Source: Parcubacteria group bacterium (GTDB taxonomy: Bacteria; Patescibacteriota; Minisyncoccia; Phycocordibacterales; Phycocordibacteraceae). Taken from it: 64,000 nucleotides of DNA. Made by a program: the position numbers and the translations under genes. Of the stretch, positions 38,162-47,326 are shown piece by piece. Numbering within the stretch: position 1 is the stretch's first letter; every line of letters begins with the position of its first letter. Where the stretch lies: NCBI GenBank assembly GCA_028286615.1, contig JAQBRG010000003.1:147406-211405 (forward strand), in the 5' to 3' direction. The notes below the pieces were generated by a model that did not search any database, had not been told where the DNA came from, and saw nothing but the letters and a program-made list of their open reading frames with translations.

Positions 38162-38239
38162 AGGTAGAGCTATAACTTGAGTATCCTAGCATTTTCGCCT
38201 CGGAAAATGTAGGATAGCCAAGTGCTACCTTCAGTTGGA

Positions 38240-38311
38240 GGCCCTATCGTCTAACGGTTAGGACGCCCGCCTTTCACGCAGGAAATCGGGGTTCGATTCC
38301 CCGTAGGGTCA
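38240..38311 (+). tRNA. tRNA-Glu(TTC)
   Basis: GGCCCTA...TAGGGTC-A; CT-TTC-AC loop; GGTTCGATTCC. Confidence 0.92.
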
Positions 38312-38363
38312 CAAATAGAAAAACCGCCCGAGTGGGCGGTTTTTCTGTGTACACGCTTTCTTC

Positions 38364-38717
38364 CTATTCCTGTGCTTCGAGTTTAACAGCAGCTTCAGGA
38401 GTTGAGACTGCCTTACTCATAACCAATGCTTTCGCGATAGCCATAGCAACAAGCCAGTACACAACCATTGCAAGTACCGTTGTCCATTCAAATACGCTTC
38501 CTGATACCTGCGTAACACGGAAGACGCTAATGAAAGGCGCTACGAATGGATACGTAATGGTGTAGATGAAACTCGTGAAGCCTGCGCCTGCATTTGCTCC
38601 AAGGAGCTTGAGCACGAAGCGGAATGCGAGCAATGCTTCGAGAAGACCGAACACGTACCAGATTATCTGGGTGCCACGATACAGCGGCTTAGTGCTAGGA
38701 GCGATAGTTGAATCCAT
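38364..38717 (-). CDS. YggT-family membrane protein
   Basis: LLAFRFVLKLLGAN..AGF..FIY..T.PFVAPF. Confidence 0.8.
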   Translation of the reverse strand: MDSTIAPSTKPLYRGTQIIWYVFGLLEALLAFRFVLKLLGANAGAGFTSFIYTITYPFVAPFISVFRVTQVSGSVFEWTTVLAMVVYWLVAMAIAKALVMSKAVSTPEAAVKLEAQE

Positions 38718-38779
38718 GGGAGAAAGTTAAGTAACTAATACTTGTTAACAATGGCACGGTACACATGAAGCTTGCGTGA

Positions 38780-38935
38780 TTAACGAGCACCTTTTCCTCC
38801 CGTTGCTTTGTTAGAAGATCCTGCGCCTCCTTTATGGTCTATACGTCCTGCACCCGGCTTTCCATTTGGCCCTTCCCTTTTTGCTTTCTGTCGCTCGTCG
38901 TCTTTAGTGTGTGGTCCAAGTATTTTCTCAGGCAT
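38780..38935 (-). CDS. 51-aa Gly/Lys-rich hydrophilic microprotein
   Basis: MPEKILGPHTKDDERQKAKREGPNGKPGAGRIDHKGGAGSSNKATGGKGAR; fills the gap between co-oriented genes. Confidence 0.5.
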   Translation of the reverse strand: MPEKILGPHTKDDERQKAKREGPNGKPGAGRIDHKGGAGSSNKATGGKGAR

Positions 38936-38979
38936 AGGACATTAGTATCGTCCTTTGTTCCTGATACTTGTATGAAGCA

Positions 38980-39402
38980 CTAGCTTGGAAGTACGTCCTT
39001 GCGAGCTGCTACATGCTGCGCTCCATATACGGAGATGTACAGAAGGCCAGCAATGAGACCCATGTGGGAAACGAACATGCCCATCTGCATCTGGTCCGCA
39101 AAGTTATGGTAGAAGACAAGCGCAAGAATGAAGGTAAGAGCAGCAAGGACACACGCTGCTCTTCGTGTCTGCCATCCGATGATAAGAGATACGCCTGCAA
39201 TAACTTCAATCAAGAAGGCAAGGAACACTGCTACGGTTGCGAATGGAAATCCTGCGGCTGCAGTCATACCTACCTCCATTATGAATCCTTGAGTTCCAGG
39301 AATCTTGAAGGATGCTCCCATAAGGAATAAGAGGCCGAAGATCACGCGTCCTGCAACTGGAGCCCAATTCTCATACACACGGCAATACGGAATAAGTCTC
39401 AT
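38980..39402 (-). CDS. DoxX-family membrane protein
   Basis: GRVIFGLLFL..A..KI, EVIAG..L..G..TR.AA. Confidence 0.85.
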   Translation of the reverse strand: MRLIPYCRVYENWAPVAGRVIFGLLFLMGASFKIPGTQGFIMEVGMTAAAGFPFATVAVFLAFLIEVIAGVSLIIGWQTRRAACVLAALTFILALVFYHNFADQMQMGMFVSHMGLIAGLLYISVYGAQHVAARKDVLPS

Positions 39403-39473
39403 AGATGTTTAGTTAACTTTCTTCCAAAAGAAGCAAAGCTAGAAATATGATAGCAAAGAATAGAAATGGGAAA

Positions 39474-40094
39474 CTAGTTTTGCAGCTCTTCTTTTGAAAT
39501 AGCTCCCTCTCGCAGTACGTTTAACCTTTCTCCCGTAAAGGAGACAACGGTTGAAGGGATTCCTCCCGAAAGCGGTCCTGCATCAATAACAAGATCAATG
39601 TGCGGAATATGAGAACCAAACTGTTCTAGAATCTCGCGCACCGTGCTTCCTGTTATGAGTCCGCTCCTGTTCGCAGACGTTGCTGTATAGGGTCTCTTAA
39701 ACGCTTTTGAAAGTGCAGCTGTAAAAGGGTGGTTTGGAACTCGTATGCCGAGCGTGCCATGGAGCATCAATTCTTCTGGTAGCTTGTCTATTCCGGGTAG
39801 CACCAATGTTAGAGGTCCTGGCAGATACCGGCTCGCGAGATGCTTTGCCTGTTCTGAAAGAATTGCGTAGCTTTCTATAGAAGCCACATCAGGCACTATT
39901 ACAGAGATTGGCTTCTTCTTTTCTCTTCCCTTTAGATCACGGAGTTTTTCAAGCGCACGAGTATTAAGTGCGTCTACAGCTAGTCCGTAAATAGTATCTG
40001 TTGGGTAGAGAACGATACCCGCTTTACTCAAAGTTTTCGCTGCGAGTTTCGCTGCTTTCTCTACTCCCACGTCTTCAAGATTGACGATCTTCAT
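39474..40094 (-). CDS. tsaC: L-threonylcarbamoyladenylate synthase (TsaC/YrdC)
   Basis: YPTDTIYGL, KGR...KP, PGPLTLV, GIRVP, TATSAN.SG, PSTVV; start corrected to MKIVN. Confidence 0.9.
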   Translation of the reverse strand: MKIVNLEDVGVEKAAKLAAKTLSKAGIVLYPTDTIYGLAVDALNTRALEKLRDLKGREKKKPISVIVPDVASIESYAILSEQAKHLASRYLPGPLTLVLPGIDKLPEELMLHGTLGIRVPNHPFTAALSKAFKRPYTATSANRSGLITGSTVREILEQFGSHIPHIDLVIDAGPLSGGIPSTVVSFTGERLNVLREGAISKEELQN

Positions 40095-40141
40095 AGGTTG
40101 AATGGTAGCTCTAAACGCGCTATTCTGCGAGCATTCTTGAA

Positions 40142-40214
40142 GCGCGATTAGCTCAATTGGTAGAGCGTTTCTTTGACGTAGAAAAGGTAGCAAGTTCGAA
40201 TCTTGCATCGCGCA
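40142..40214 (+). tRNA. tRNA-Val(GAC)
   Basis: GCGCGAT...ATCGCGC-A; TTTCT-TT-GAC-GT-AGAAA. Confidence 0.92.
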
Positions 40215-40224
40215 CACAGATTTT

Positions 40225-41091
40225 ATGGAAAGAACAGTAATCTTTTATCACGGTAATTGCCCCGACGGTTTTGGGGGGGCTTATAGCGCGTGGAAAAAGT
40301 TTGGCGATTCAGCTGAATACATCCCTCTTAAACGCGGAGTTCCAGAGCCAGAAGATTTCAAGGGAGCCACGGTGTTTTTCATAGACTTCACTTACCCACA
40401 GGAAATCATGGATCGCTTCCTTGCTGAAGCAGGGGGATTAATAGTGCTTGATCATCATGAAGGTATCCAAGATGTGGTTGAGAGCATGCCTGAGCATGTG
40501 TATGACGTAAGTCGCTCGGGCGCCACAATCGCATGGACATACTTCCATCCTGATACAGAAGTGCCAACGTTGCTTAACCATATCGAAGACGACGACCTTT
40601 TCCGCTTTGCACTCCCTGATACCAAGCCTCTTATGGCGTACATAGGGGTACATCCTTTTACATTTGAGTCTTGGGACGAGCTTGCAGCAATACTCGACGA
40701 TCCAGGACGTAAAGGAATCTTTCTTGAGAAAGCGCGTGCGTATCGCGAATACTTTGACCTTCTCATTGCGCAGGCAGTTGAGCGTTCTAAGCTAGTCTCA
40801 TTCGAAGGACACGAAGTATATATAGGACAGACGCAGCCCATGAAGCCCATGGTTTCAGCGCTCGGAAACGCACTCGCTCGCAAGCAACCTCCTTTCGGCA
40901 TGATTCTCCAGCCTCGAGAGAATGGCATGAGCGTTTCTCTGCGTGGAGATGGCAGCATAGACCTCACCCAGATCGCTAAGAAGTACGGAGGAAATGGACA
41001 TCCTTCTTCAGCAGCCTTCTTCCTTCCTTGGGGCACTCCTATTCCTTGGGAAGCGGTAGAAGAAAAGACCGATGAGGATACTCGCGATTGA
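40225..41091 (+). CDS. DHH/DHHA1 family phosphoesterase
   Basis: YHGNCPDG, IDF, LDHH, SGA.IAW, SLR, GGNGH..SAAF. Confidence 0.88.
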   Translation: MERTVIFYHGNCPDGFGGAYSAWKKFGDSAEYIPLKRGVPEPEDFKGATVFFIDFTYPQEIMDRFLAEAGGLIVLDHHEGIQDVVESMPEHVYDVSRSGATIAWTYFHPDTEVPTLLNHIEDDDLFRFALPDTKPLMAYIGVHPFTFESWDELAAILDDPGRKGIFLEKARAYREYFDLLIAQAVERSKLVSFEGHEVYIGQTQPMKPMVSALGNALARKQPPFGMILQPRENGMSVSLRGDGSIDLTQIAKKYGGNGHPSSAAFFLPWGTPIPWEAVEEKTDEDTRD

Positions 41092-42247
41092 AACCTCGTG
41101 TGACGAGACCGCTGTTTCTATTCTGGAAGCAGAGGGTACTGAAGAAAATGCGCGCTTCCGTGTACTCGGAAATGCGCTTCTCTCTCAGATAGATATGCAT
41201 AGAGAGTACGGTGGCGTGTTTCCAGCTGTTGCTAAGCGCGAGCATGCAAAGAATTTAGTACCCTTGCTCGCAGCTGCACTTGAAGAAGCCGAACTTCTTA
41301 AAGAGGATACTCAGTCCATTCCAGACGATATACGTACTCAGGTTTCAGATCTTCTTGCTCGAGAGCCTGAACTGCCTGAAGCTTTTCTTTCTTTCATAAC
41401 TGAATGCGAGCCTGCTGAGATAGATGCAATTGCCGTTACAGCAGGCCCAGGTCTTGAACCTGCGCTTTGGGTTGGAATTAATTTTGCACGAGCTCTATCC
41501 CTTGTTTGGAACAAGCCACTTATTGCGGTTAACCACATGGAGGGACATCTTCTTTCAGCTCTTGCAAGAAACGAAGACGACACGCTTTCAATTACAGACG
41601 TCGATCTTCCTGTTCTTGCTCTCCTTATATCCGGCGGACACACTGAACTTGTTTCTATGCCTACGTGGCACTCGTACGAACTTATAGGATGCACACGAGA
41701 CGATGCTGCGGGCGAGGCATTCGACAAGGTTGCGCGCATGCTCGGACTTCCCTATCCAGGCGGTCCTGAAATTTCGCGCATTGCACACGCTTCAAGGAAT
41801 AGTGGCGAGAGCATACATACATTTCCTCGACCTATGATTAAGGATCCTCACTGCGACTTCTCATTCTCCGGACTCAAAACTTCGGTCATGTATCTCATTA
41901 AAGGAATGCCTGAATTAACTCAAGAAGACAAAGAACATATTGCTCGTTCGTTCGAGGACGCTGTTGCAGATGTGCTTTATGCAAAGACCTCACGCGCATT
42001 GCTTGAGACAGGAGCCAAGACACTTGTTCTTGGAGGAGGAGTCTCAGGCAACACGCACATTCAAGAAGTATTTACTGCAAAGCTTGCAGAAGACCATCCT
42101 GAAGTTGCGTTTCGTATTCCTACTCGCGAGCTCACTACAGACAACGCCATTATGATAGGTATCGCCGGATACTATAGAGCGCTTAAAAATGAGTTCACAG
42201 ATTCAAGCACTCTCGTCGCTAATGGCAACCTTTCCTTAGCAAAATAG
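41072..42247 (+). CDS. tsaD: tRNA N6-threonylcarbamoyltransferase TsaD
   Basis: LAIETSCDET, GPGL, VNHMEGH, SGGHT, DDAAGEAFDK, FSFSGLKT, TDNA.MI. Confidence 0.95.
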   Translation: MRILAIETSCDETAVSILEAEGTEENARFRVLGNALLSQIDMHREYGGVFPAVAKREHAKNLVPLLAAALEEAELLKEDTQSIPDDIRTQVSDLLAREPELPEAFLSFITECEPAEIDAIAVTAGPGLEPALWVGINFARALSLVWNKPLIAVNHMEGHLLSALARNEDDTLSITDVDLPVLALLISGGHTELVSMPTWHSYELIGCTRDDAAGEAFDKVARMLGLPYPGGPEISRIAHASRNSGESIHTFPRPMIKDPHCDFSFSGLKTSVMYLIKGMPELTQEDKEHIARSFEDAVADVLYAKTSRALLETGAKTLVLGGGVSGNTHIQEVFTAKLAEDHPEVAFRIPTRELTTDNAIMIGIAGYYRALKNEFTDSSTLVANGNLSLAK

Positions 42248-42285
42248 AGGCGAATTGAGCGTTTTTCTGCTATATTCGCCTATAT

Positions 42286-44472
42286 ATGGACGAGAAGTTC
42301 AAGAGCCCCTATAACCCGAAGGAGACCGAGGCACGCCTATATAAGGCGTGGGAGGAGAGCGGGTATTTCAACCCAGATAATCTGCCTGGAAAGAGAAAGA
42401 AGCCGTACACGATTATGATGCCGCCGCCAAACGCGACAGGTGTGCTTCACATGGGTCACGCGTTGATGCTTGTTATTCAAGACATCCTCATTCGCTACAA
42501 GCGTCTTCAGGGATTTGAGACTCTTTGGCTTCCAGGCACAGACCACGCAGCAATCGCAACCCAATCTAAAGTTGAGAAGGACATAAGCAAGAGCGAAGGT
42601 AAGAGTCGCCATGATCTTGGGCGAGAAGAACTGCTAAAGAGAATTGGTACCTATGTTGAAGAGAGTCGAGATACTATTCGAAACCAGATACGCGTACTGG
42701 GTTCTTCTTGCGATTGGTCTCGCGAAGCATTTACACTCGACGAAGAACGAAACAAAGCGGTGAACGAGTTGTTCAAGCGCATGTACCAGGCAGGACTTAT
42801 ATACCGCGGACATCGCATTGTTAATTGGGATCCAAAGGGGCAGACAACAATTTCAGACGACGAGATCGTGCACGAAGAACGCGCAGGAAAACTCTATACC
42901 TTTAAATACAGCAAGGACTTCCCTGTCTCCATTTCAAGCACTCGTCCCGAAACAAAAATTGGCGATGTTGCCGTTGCCGTACACCCAGACGACGCCAGGT
43001 ATCAAGAATACATCGGCAAGACATATGAGATGGAATTCTGTGGTGCACAGCTTTCAATACGAATTGTTCCTGACGAGGCCGTTGATCCCGATTTCGGTAC
43101 TGGTGCTCTTGGTGTTACGCCAGCACATAGCCAAATAGACTGGGAGATACGTGATCGTCACGCGCTGCCTGTTATTCAGGTTATAGATGAACGTGGTCGC
43201 ATGACCCGCGGAAACGAGTCAGTTAACGGAAAGAAAATATCAGAAGCACGTGAAGCAGTTGTTGCGTGGTTACGCGAAGAAGGACTGCTTGAGAAAGAAG
43301 AAGATATTATGCAGAACATCGCTACCGCAGAACGTACCGGCGGCACCATCGAGCCGCTTCCAAAGTTGCAGTGGTTTGTTGATGTGAACAAAGAATTCGC
43401 GCTCGATCATTCAGATATTCCTGGTATTAATGCAGGCGAACCCGTTACACTTAAGGAAATAATGAAGAAGGCCGTTGAAGGTAACGGCATACGTATTATT
43501 CCTGAGCACTTCAACAAAACGTACTTCCATTGGATAGATAACCTTAGAGACTGGTGTATTAGCCGACAGATCTGGTACGGACACCGTGTTCCTGTGTGGT
43601 ATCGAGGCGAGGAGATAACTATCGGAGAGGCTCCTGAGGGAGACTGGGCAAAGGATGGGTGGGTACAAGACGAAGACACGCTTGATACCTGGTTCTCCTC
43701 TGGCTCATGGACCTTCTCAACACTTGGCTGGCCCGAGTTCAAAAAGGATCTTGAACGTTTCCATCCAACCGACGTTCTTGAAACCGGGTACGACATTCTC
43801 TTCTTCTGGGTTGCCCGCATGATTCTCATGAGCGGATTTGCTTTGGGACAGGTTCCATTTAAGAACGTGTATCTGCACGGCATTGTTCGAGACGCGAAGG
43901 GACGCAAATTCTCTAAGTCTCTAGGAAACGGTATTGATCCCGTTGAGATGGTTGAGAAGTTTGGTACGGACGCTGTTCGTATGGCGCTTATTATTGGCAA
44001 CACGCCGGGTACTGACTCACGTCTTTCCGAAGACAAGATTAAGGGCTACAAGAATTTCGCTAACAAGATCTGGAATATCTCCCGATTCATTCTTGAGAAC
44101 ACTGAAGGCGCTGACGCTAAAGCGTCTCTTACGGAAGCGGATCAAGCCCTCCGCGAAGAATTTACCGCACTCGCTGCGGACATAACCTCAGACTTTGACG
44201 AGTTCCGTGTCTATCTCGCTGCAGAAAAGGCATACCATTACGCATGGCACCGTCTAGCAGATGAGGTCCTTGAAGAATCGAAGGCTATATTCTTAGGAGA
44301 AGACGAAGCAGCAAAAGCTTCACGCAAAGCGGTGCTTCTTTCACTCTTACATGACGTCCTCATTATTCTTCACCCGTTCATGCCGTTTGTTACTGAAGAA
44401 ATTTGGCAGAGCCTTCCAGACGCTAAAGACGAAGCCAAGTTCTTGATGGTTGCACGTTGGCCTGAGGCATAG
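42286..44472 (+). CDS. valS: valine--tRNA ligase (no C-terminal coiled-coil arm)
   Basis: PPPNATGVLHMGH, DWCISRQIWYGH, DTWFSS, KFSKSLGN. Confidence 0.95.
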   Translation: MDEKFKSPYNPKETEARLYKAWEESGYFNPDNLPGKRKKPYTIMMPPPNATGVLHMGHALMLVIQDILIRYKRLQGFETLWLPGTDHAAIATQSKVEKDISKSEGKSRHDLGREELLKRIGTYVEESRDTIRNQIRVLGSSCDWSREAFTLDEERNKAVNELFKRMYQAGLIYRGHRIVNWDPKGQTTISDDEIVHEERAGKLYTFKYSKDFPVSISSTRPETKIGDVAVAVHPDDARYQEYIGKTYEMEFCGAQLSIRIVPDEAVDPDFGTGALGVTPAHSQIDWEIRDRHALPVIQVIDERGRMTRGNESVNGKKISEAREAVVAWLREEGLLEKEEDIMQNIATAERTGGTIEPLPKLQWFVDVNKEFALDHSDIPGINAGEPVTLKEIMKKAVEGNGIRIIPEHFNKTYFHWIDNLRDWCISRQIWYGHRVPVWYRGEEITIGEAPEGDWAKDGWVQDEDTLDTWFSSGSWTFSTLGWPEFKKDLERFHPTDVLETGYDILFFWVARMILMSGFALGQVPFKNVYLHGIVRDAKGRKFSKSLGNGIDPVEMVEKFGTDAVRMALIIGNTPGTDSRLSEDKIKGYKNFANKIWNISRFILENTEGADAKASLTEADQALREEFTALAADITSDFDEFRVYLAAEKAYHYAWHRLADEVLEESKAIFLGEDEAAKASRKAVLLSLLHDVLIILHPFMPFVTEEIWQSLPDAKDEAKFLMVARWPEA

Positions 44473-44519
44473 CGTCTATCCCCCATTAGTTAGTACTGCG
44501 GGCGGTATACAATATAGGC

Positions 44520-45227
44520 ATGCCTTCTGTTGAAGTTATTCTCTACGCGCTCCTAGGCGGTATTCTTCCCGCACTCGTGTGGTTATGGTTCTTGTTGCGT
44601 GAGGATGCGCGATGTCCCGAACCTAAACCCATTATCGCTCTCGCTCTTTTGGCGGGCATGATTGCCGTACCACTCGTTCTTCCTTTGGAACAGATTGCCG
44701 CGTCTCTTCTTCCTACAGGACTCTCAACTATTGTTGCGTGGGCAACCATTGAGGAGACGGTTAAGTATTTGCTGGCTGCAGTGTTCATTCTCTGGAGACG
44801 CGAGGTTGATGAATCTATCGACCTTGTTATATACATGTTCACAATTGCGCTTGGGTTTGCTGCACTTGAGAACGCCCTCTTCCTTGTTGCACCGTTTTCA
44901 GGAGGAGATGTGCTTGGCGGATTGGTTACTGACAACCTTCGCTTCCTTGGTTCAACATTGCTTCATGTTATTGCATCTTCTGCGATTGGGTTCGCGCTCG
45001 CGCTCTCCTTCACAAAGCCTCCGTATCTCAGAACTGCGTTCGCTGCAGCCGGACTTATCCTTGCTATCGCATTGCATGCCCTATTTAACTTTCTTATAAT
45101 TGAACAGAGTGGTTCAACCACCCTCTTAGCATTCTTTCTCGTATGGAGTAGTGCAATTGCTTTCTTTGCTCTCTTTGAAACCTTGCGCTATTTCCGTTAC
45201 CGACATTTACCAAACAACACTTGTTAA
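44520..45227 (+). CDS. PrsW-family glutamic intramembrane protease
   Basis: PEP, IEETVK, LGFAALEN, H motifs. Confidence 0.88.
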   Translation: MPSVEVILYALLGGILPALVWLWFLLREDARCPEPKPIIALALLAGMIAVPLVLPLEQIAASLLPTGLSTIVAWATIEETVKYLLAAVFILWRREVDESIDLVIYMFTIALGFAALENALFLVAPFSGGDVLGGLVTDNLRFLGSTLLHVIASSAIGFALALSFTKPPYLRTAFAAAGLILAIALHALFNFLIIEQSGSTTLLAFFLVWSSAIAFFALFETLRYFRYRHLPNNTC

Positions 45228-45233
45228 CCTGCA

Positions 45234-45740
45234 GTGACTTCTATGAAAAAACGCTCTTCATTCTTCGATCGACTCTCCGGCGGCACCCAGCTTACGGATG
45301 ACTACGAACCATACGAGGATGACCTGTCGCACACGCCAGGGCGTACCGTTACGCCTCAGGCAGGCCGACAGCCAGTTATGGCTCCTATGCCTATTGAAGA
45401 CGACCAGACTGATGGCCAGCTGCCGGTTGATGTACACCAGACTCCTAACGAGATTGTTATCCGTACTTTCATTGCAGGAGTACGCCCTGACGAAATGAAC
45501 GTTTCTATAAGTCGCGACATGGTTGTTATTGAAGGATCCCGTGACGAGCGCGATTCTGTATCTGATACCGACTACTTTACCCGCGAACTCTTCTGGGGCT
45601 CGTTCTCTCGCACCATTCTCCTTCCCCAGGAAGTTGATGTTGAGAATTCTTCAGCAGGTTCTAAGGACGGTCTTCTTACTATTATCCTTCCGAAGCTTGA
45701 TAAGGCACGACAGACAAAACTCCGCATTAAGGCTGGATAA
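45234..45740 (+). CDS. Hsp20/alpha-crystallin small heat shock protein
   Basis: PVDVHQT, AGV, RELFWGSFSRTILLP, KDGLLTIILPK. Confidence 0.9.
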   Translation: MTSMKKRSSFFDRLSGGTQLTDDYEPYEDDLSHTPGRTVTPQAGRQPVMAPMPIEDDQTDGQLPVDVHQTPNEIVIRTFIAGVRPDEMNVSISRDMVVIEGSRDERDSVSDTDYFTRELFWGSFSRTILLPQEVDVENSSAGSKDGLLTIILPKLDKARQTKLRIKAG

Positions 45741-45752
45741 GCCAAAGGTAAA

Positions 45753-45780
45753 GAAAAGGCCCGCAAACGCGGGCCTTTTC
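45753..45780. terminator. bidirectional terminator
   Basis: GAAAAGGCCCGC-AAAC-GCGGGCCTTTTC. Confidence 0.8.
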
Positions 45781-45781
45781 T

Positions 45782-46864
45782 TTAATGTGTTTCTTCCCTG
45801 AGAGTTGGCGGAGTTGTTACTTCTTCAACAACAAACGGAATACGCCCAATAACCTGTCCGCTTGGTGTCTTAACCATCACGCGCCATTTACCCGCAGCAA
45901 GACTGCTTCTTTCAGAGTACCCTCGATACCCTTCTGCCCTTCCTCCAGATATAGGGAATGTTACGCGTCCTTCAGTTACCCATTTATTCTTCTCGGTATC
46001 ATAGTGTTCCCATTCGTGTATGGTGCTTGTTGAGAATTTAATAGGAGCAAAGATTGAGGTGAACGCATAGAGTGTTTCGCCCGGCGCCACATGTATCACT
46101 TGAGATCTCAGACCCCACCACATACGAGACGCTTCTGTTTGTACAACGTAGCCCTCTGCCGTATGCGAAACCGCGTGATATATATTGCCCTCTTTGAGTG
46201 TTAGAGGAATAGGCGGAACAAGACCAATGAAGTATGAGACTACAACAACAATTACTATTGCGAGAGACGAGCCAATAATGGGCGTGAGGCTTTCCTTTAA
46301 GCGAGTCTTTCCTGTTCTCCAAAGCAAGAACATGAAGAGTGCAAATACTGCAACCGAGATGACGCTTGAGCCCAGGAACACAATTGGACCAAGCTCATGC
46401 ACCAGAAGTGGGAGCGCGAATATGCTGTATGCGTAGAGCGTAAAGAAAAGGAGTACAGCAAGAAATACTGTGCGGTCTCTATATTTCCTGAACCACTCGT
46501 TCCCCAGGAACACGAGACCGATAAGCACGAGGAATGGCCAAGATACTGCAACAACCGAACTCTTGGTATAGAAGATAAGGAAGCCTGAGAGCAGACTTCC
46601 AAGCAGGTATTGCGCAGCAAGAGGCAGCACAACACGAAGCGTACTCAAAAAGAGTTTTGGCTTCTCTCCTCCCTTGGTATACGCGAGATGGCTGCCAAAC
46701 ACGCAGACCGCTGCTCCTATGAGATACCCTGCGAAGAGCAGGTTAACGATGGAGATGTCGAGGAGTGTGAACGTAAGGAGGTCTGTTATAAATCCTCCAA
46801 CGAAAAGGACCCCGCCTAAGTGACGTTCGTTCTGTTGTATCCACGAAATGAGAGACTTAAACAT
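45782..46864 (-). CDS. DUF2914-domain membrane protein
   Basis: Multiple TMs, then IPPIPL-like motif, FTSIFAP, H.W, GGRAEGYRGYS, GKWRV.V.T..GQVIG. Confidence 0.8.
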   Translation of the reverse strand: MFKSLISWIQQNERHLGGVLFVGGFITDLLTFTLLDISIVNLLFAGYLIGAAVCVFGSHLAYTKGGEKPKLFLSTLRVVLPLAAQYLLGSLLSGFLIFYTKSSVVAVSWPFLVLIGLVFLGNEWFRKYRDRTVFLAVLLFFTLYAYSIFALPLLVHELGPIVFLGSSVISVAVFALFMFLLWRTGKTRLKESLTPIIGSSLAIVIVVVVSYFIGLVPPIPLTLKEGNIYHAVSHTAEGYVVQTEASRMWWGLRSQVIHVAPGETLYAFTSIFAPIKFSTSTIHEWEHYDTEKNKWVTEGRVTFPISGGRAEGYRGYSERSSLAAGKWRVMVKTPSGQVIGRIPFVVEEVTTPPTLREETH

Positions 46865-46884
46865 GCTTTAAGTATAAAGCATTC

Positions 46885-46960
46885 TGGTGCTTGAGACCGG
46901 GGTCGAACCGGTGACCTCACCCTCTTCAGGGGCGCGCTCTACCAACTGAGCTACTCAAGC
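46885..46960 (-). tRNA. tRNA-Phe(GAA)
   Basis: GCTTGAG...CTCAAGC-A-CCA; CT-GAA-GA loop. Confidence 0.92.
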
Positions 46961-46994
46961 GTTGCGGCTACTTTAGCACACCGGGGCCTGATTT

Positions 46995-47300
46995 TCACTT
47001 ATTCCCGTATGCTGCCTGGTACTCCTTAATGAGTACATCTATCTGTTCTTTTGAGGGTACGCCAAAGCCGGCAGGAGATGCCTGCTGGCCACTAAACAGG
47101 GCCATGAGAGGCTGAATATAGGCACTGAGGAAGAAGATAGGTACACCGAGGATAATGAGCCAGAGTAGGATTTTTGCTACGAGACCAAGTACCGCATCTC
47201 TGCGAATAAGTTTGAGCAGACGATTATTCTCCTTCGCTATCTCAATATTCTCCTCAAGCAAATCTTTGAGCTCCGCAATGTCTGGTGTTGGCGACTCCAT
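46995..47300 (-). CDS. hypothetical single-TM protein
   Basis: LLEENIEIAKENNRLL..IRR followed by TM. Confidence 0.75.
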   Translation of the reverse strand: MESPTPDIAELKDLLEENIEIAKENNRLLKLIRRDAVLGLVAKILLWLIILGVPIFFLSAYIQPLMALFSGQQASPAGFGVPSKEQIDVLIKEYQAAYGNK

Positions 47301-47326
47301 ATTTTCAGTAGTATATCACTGCCTTA

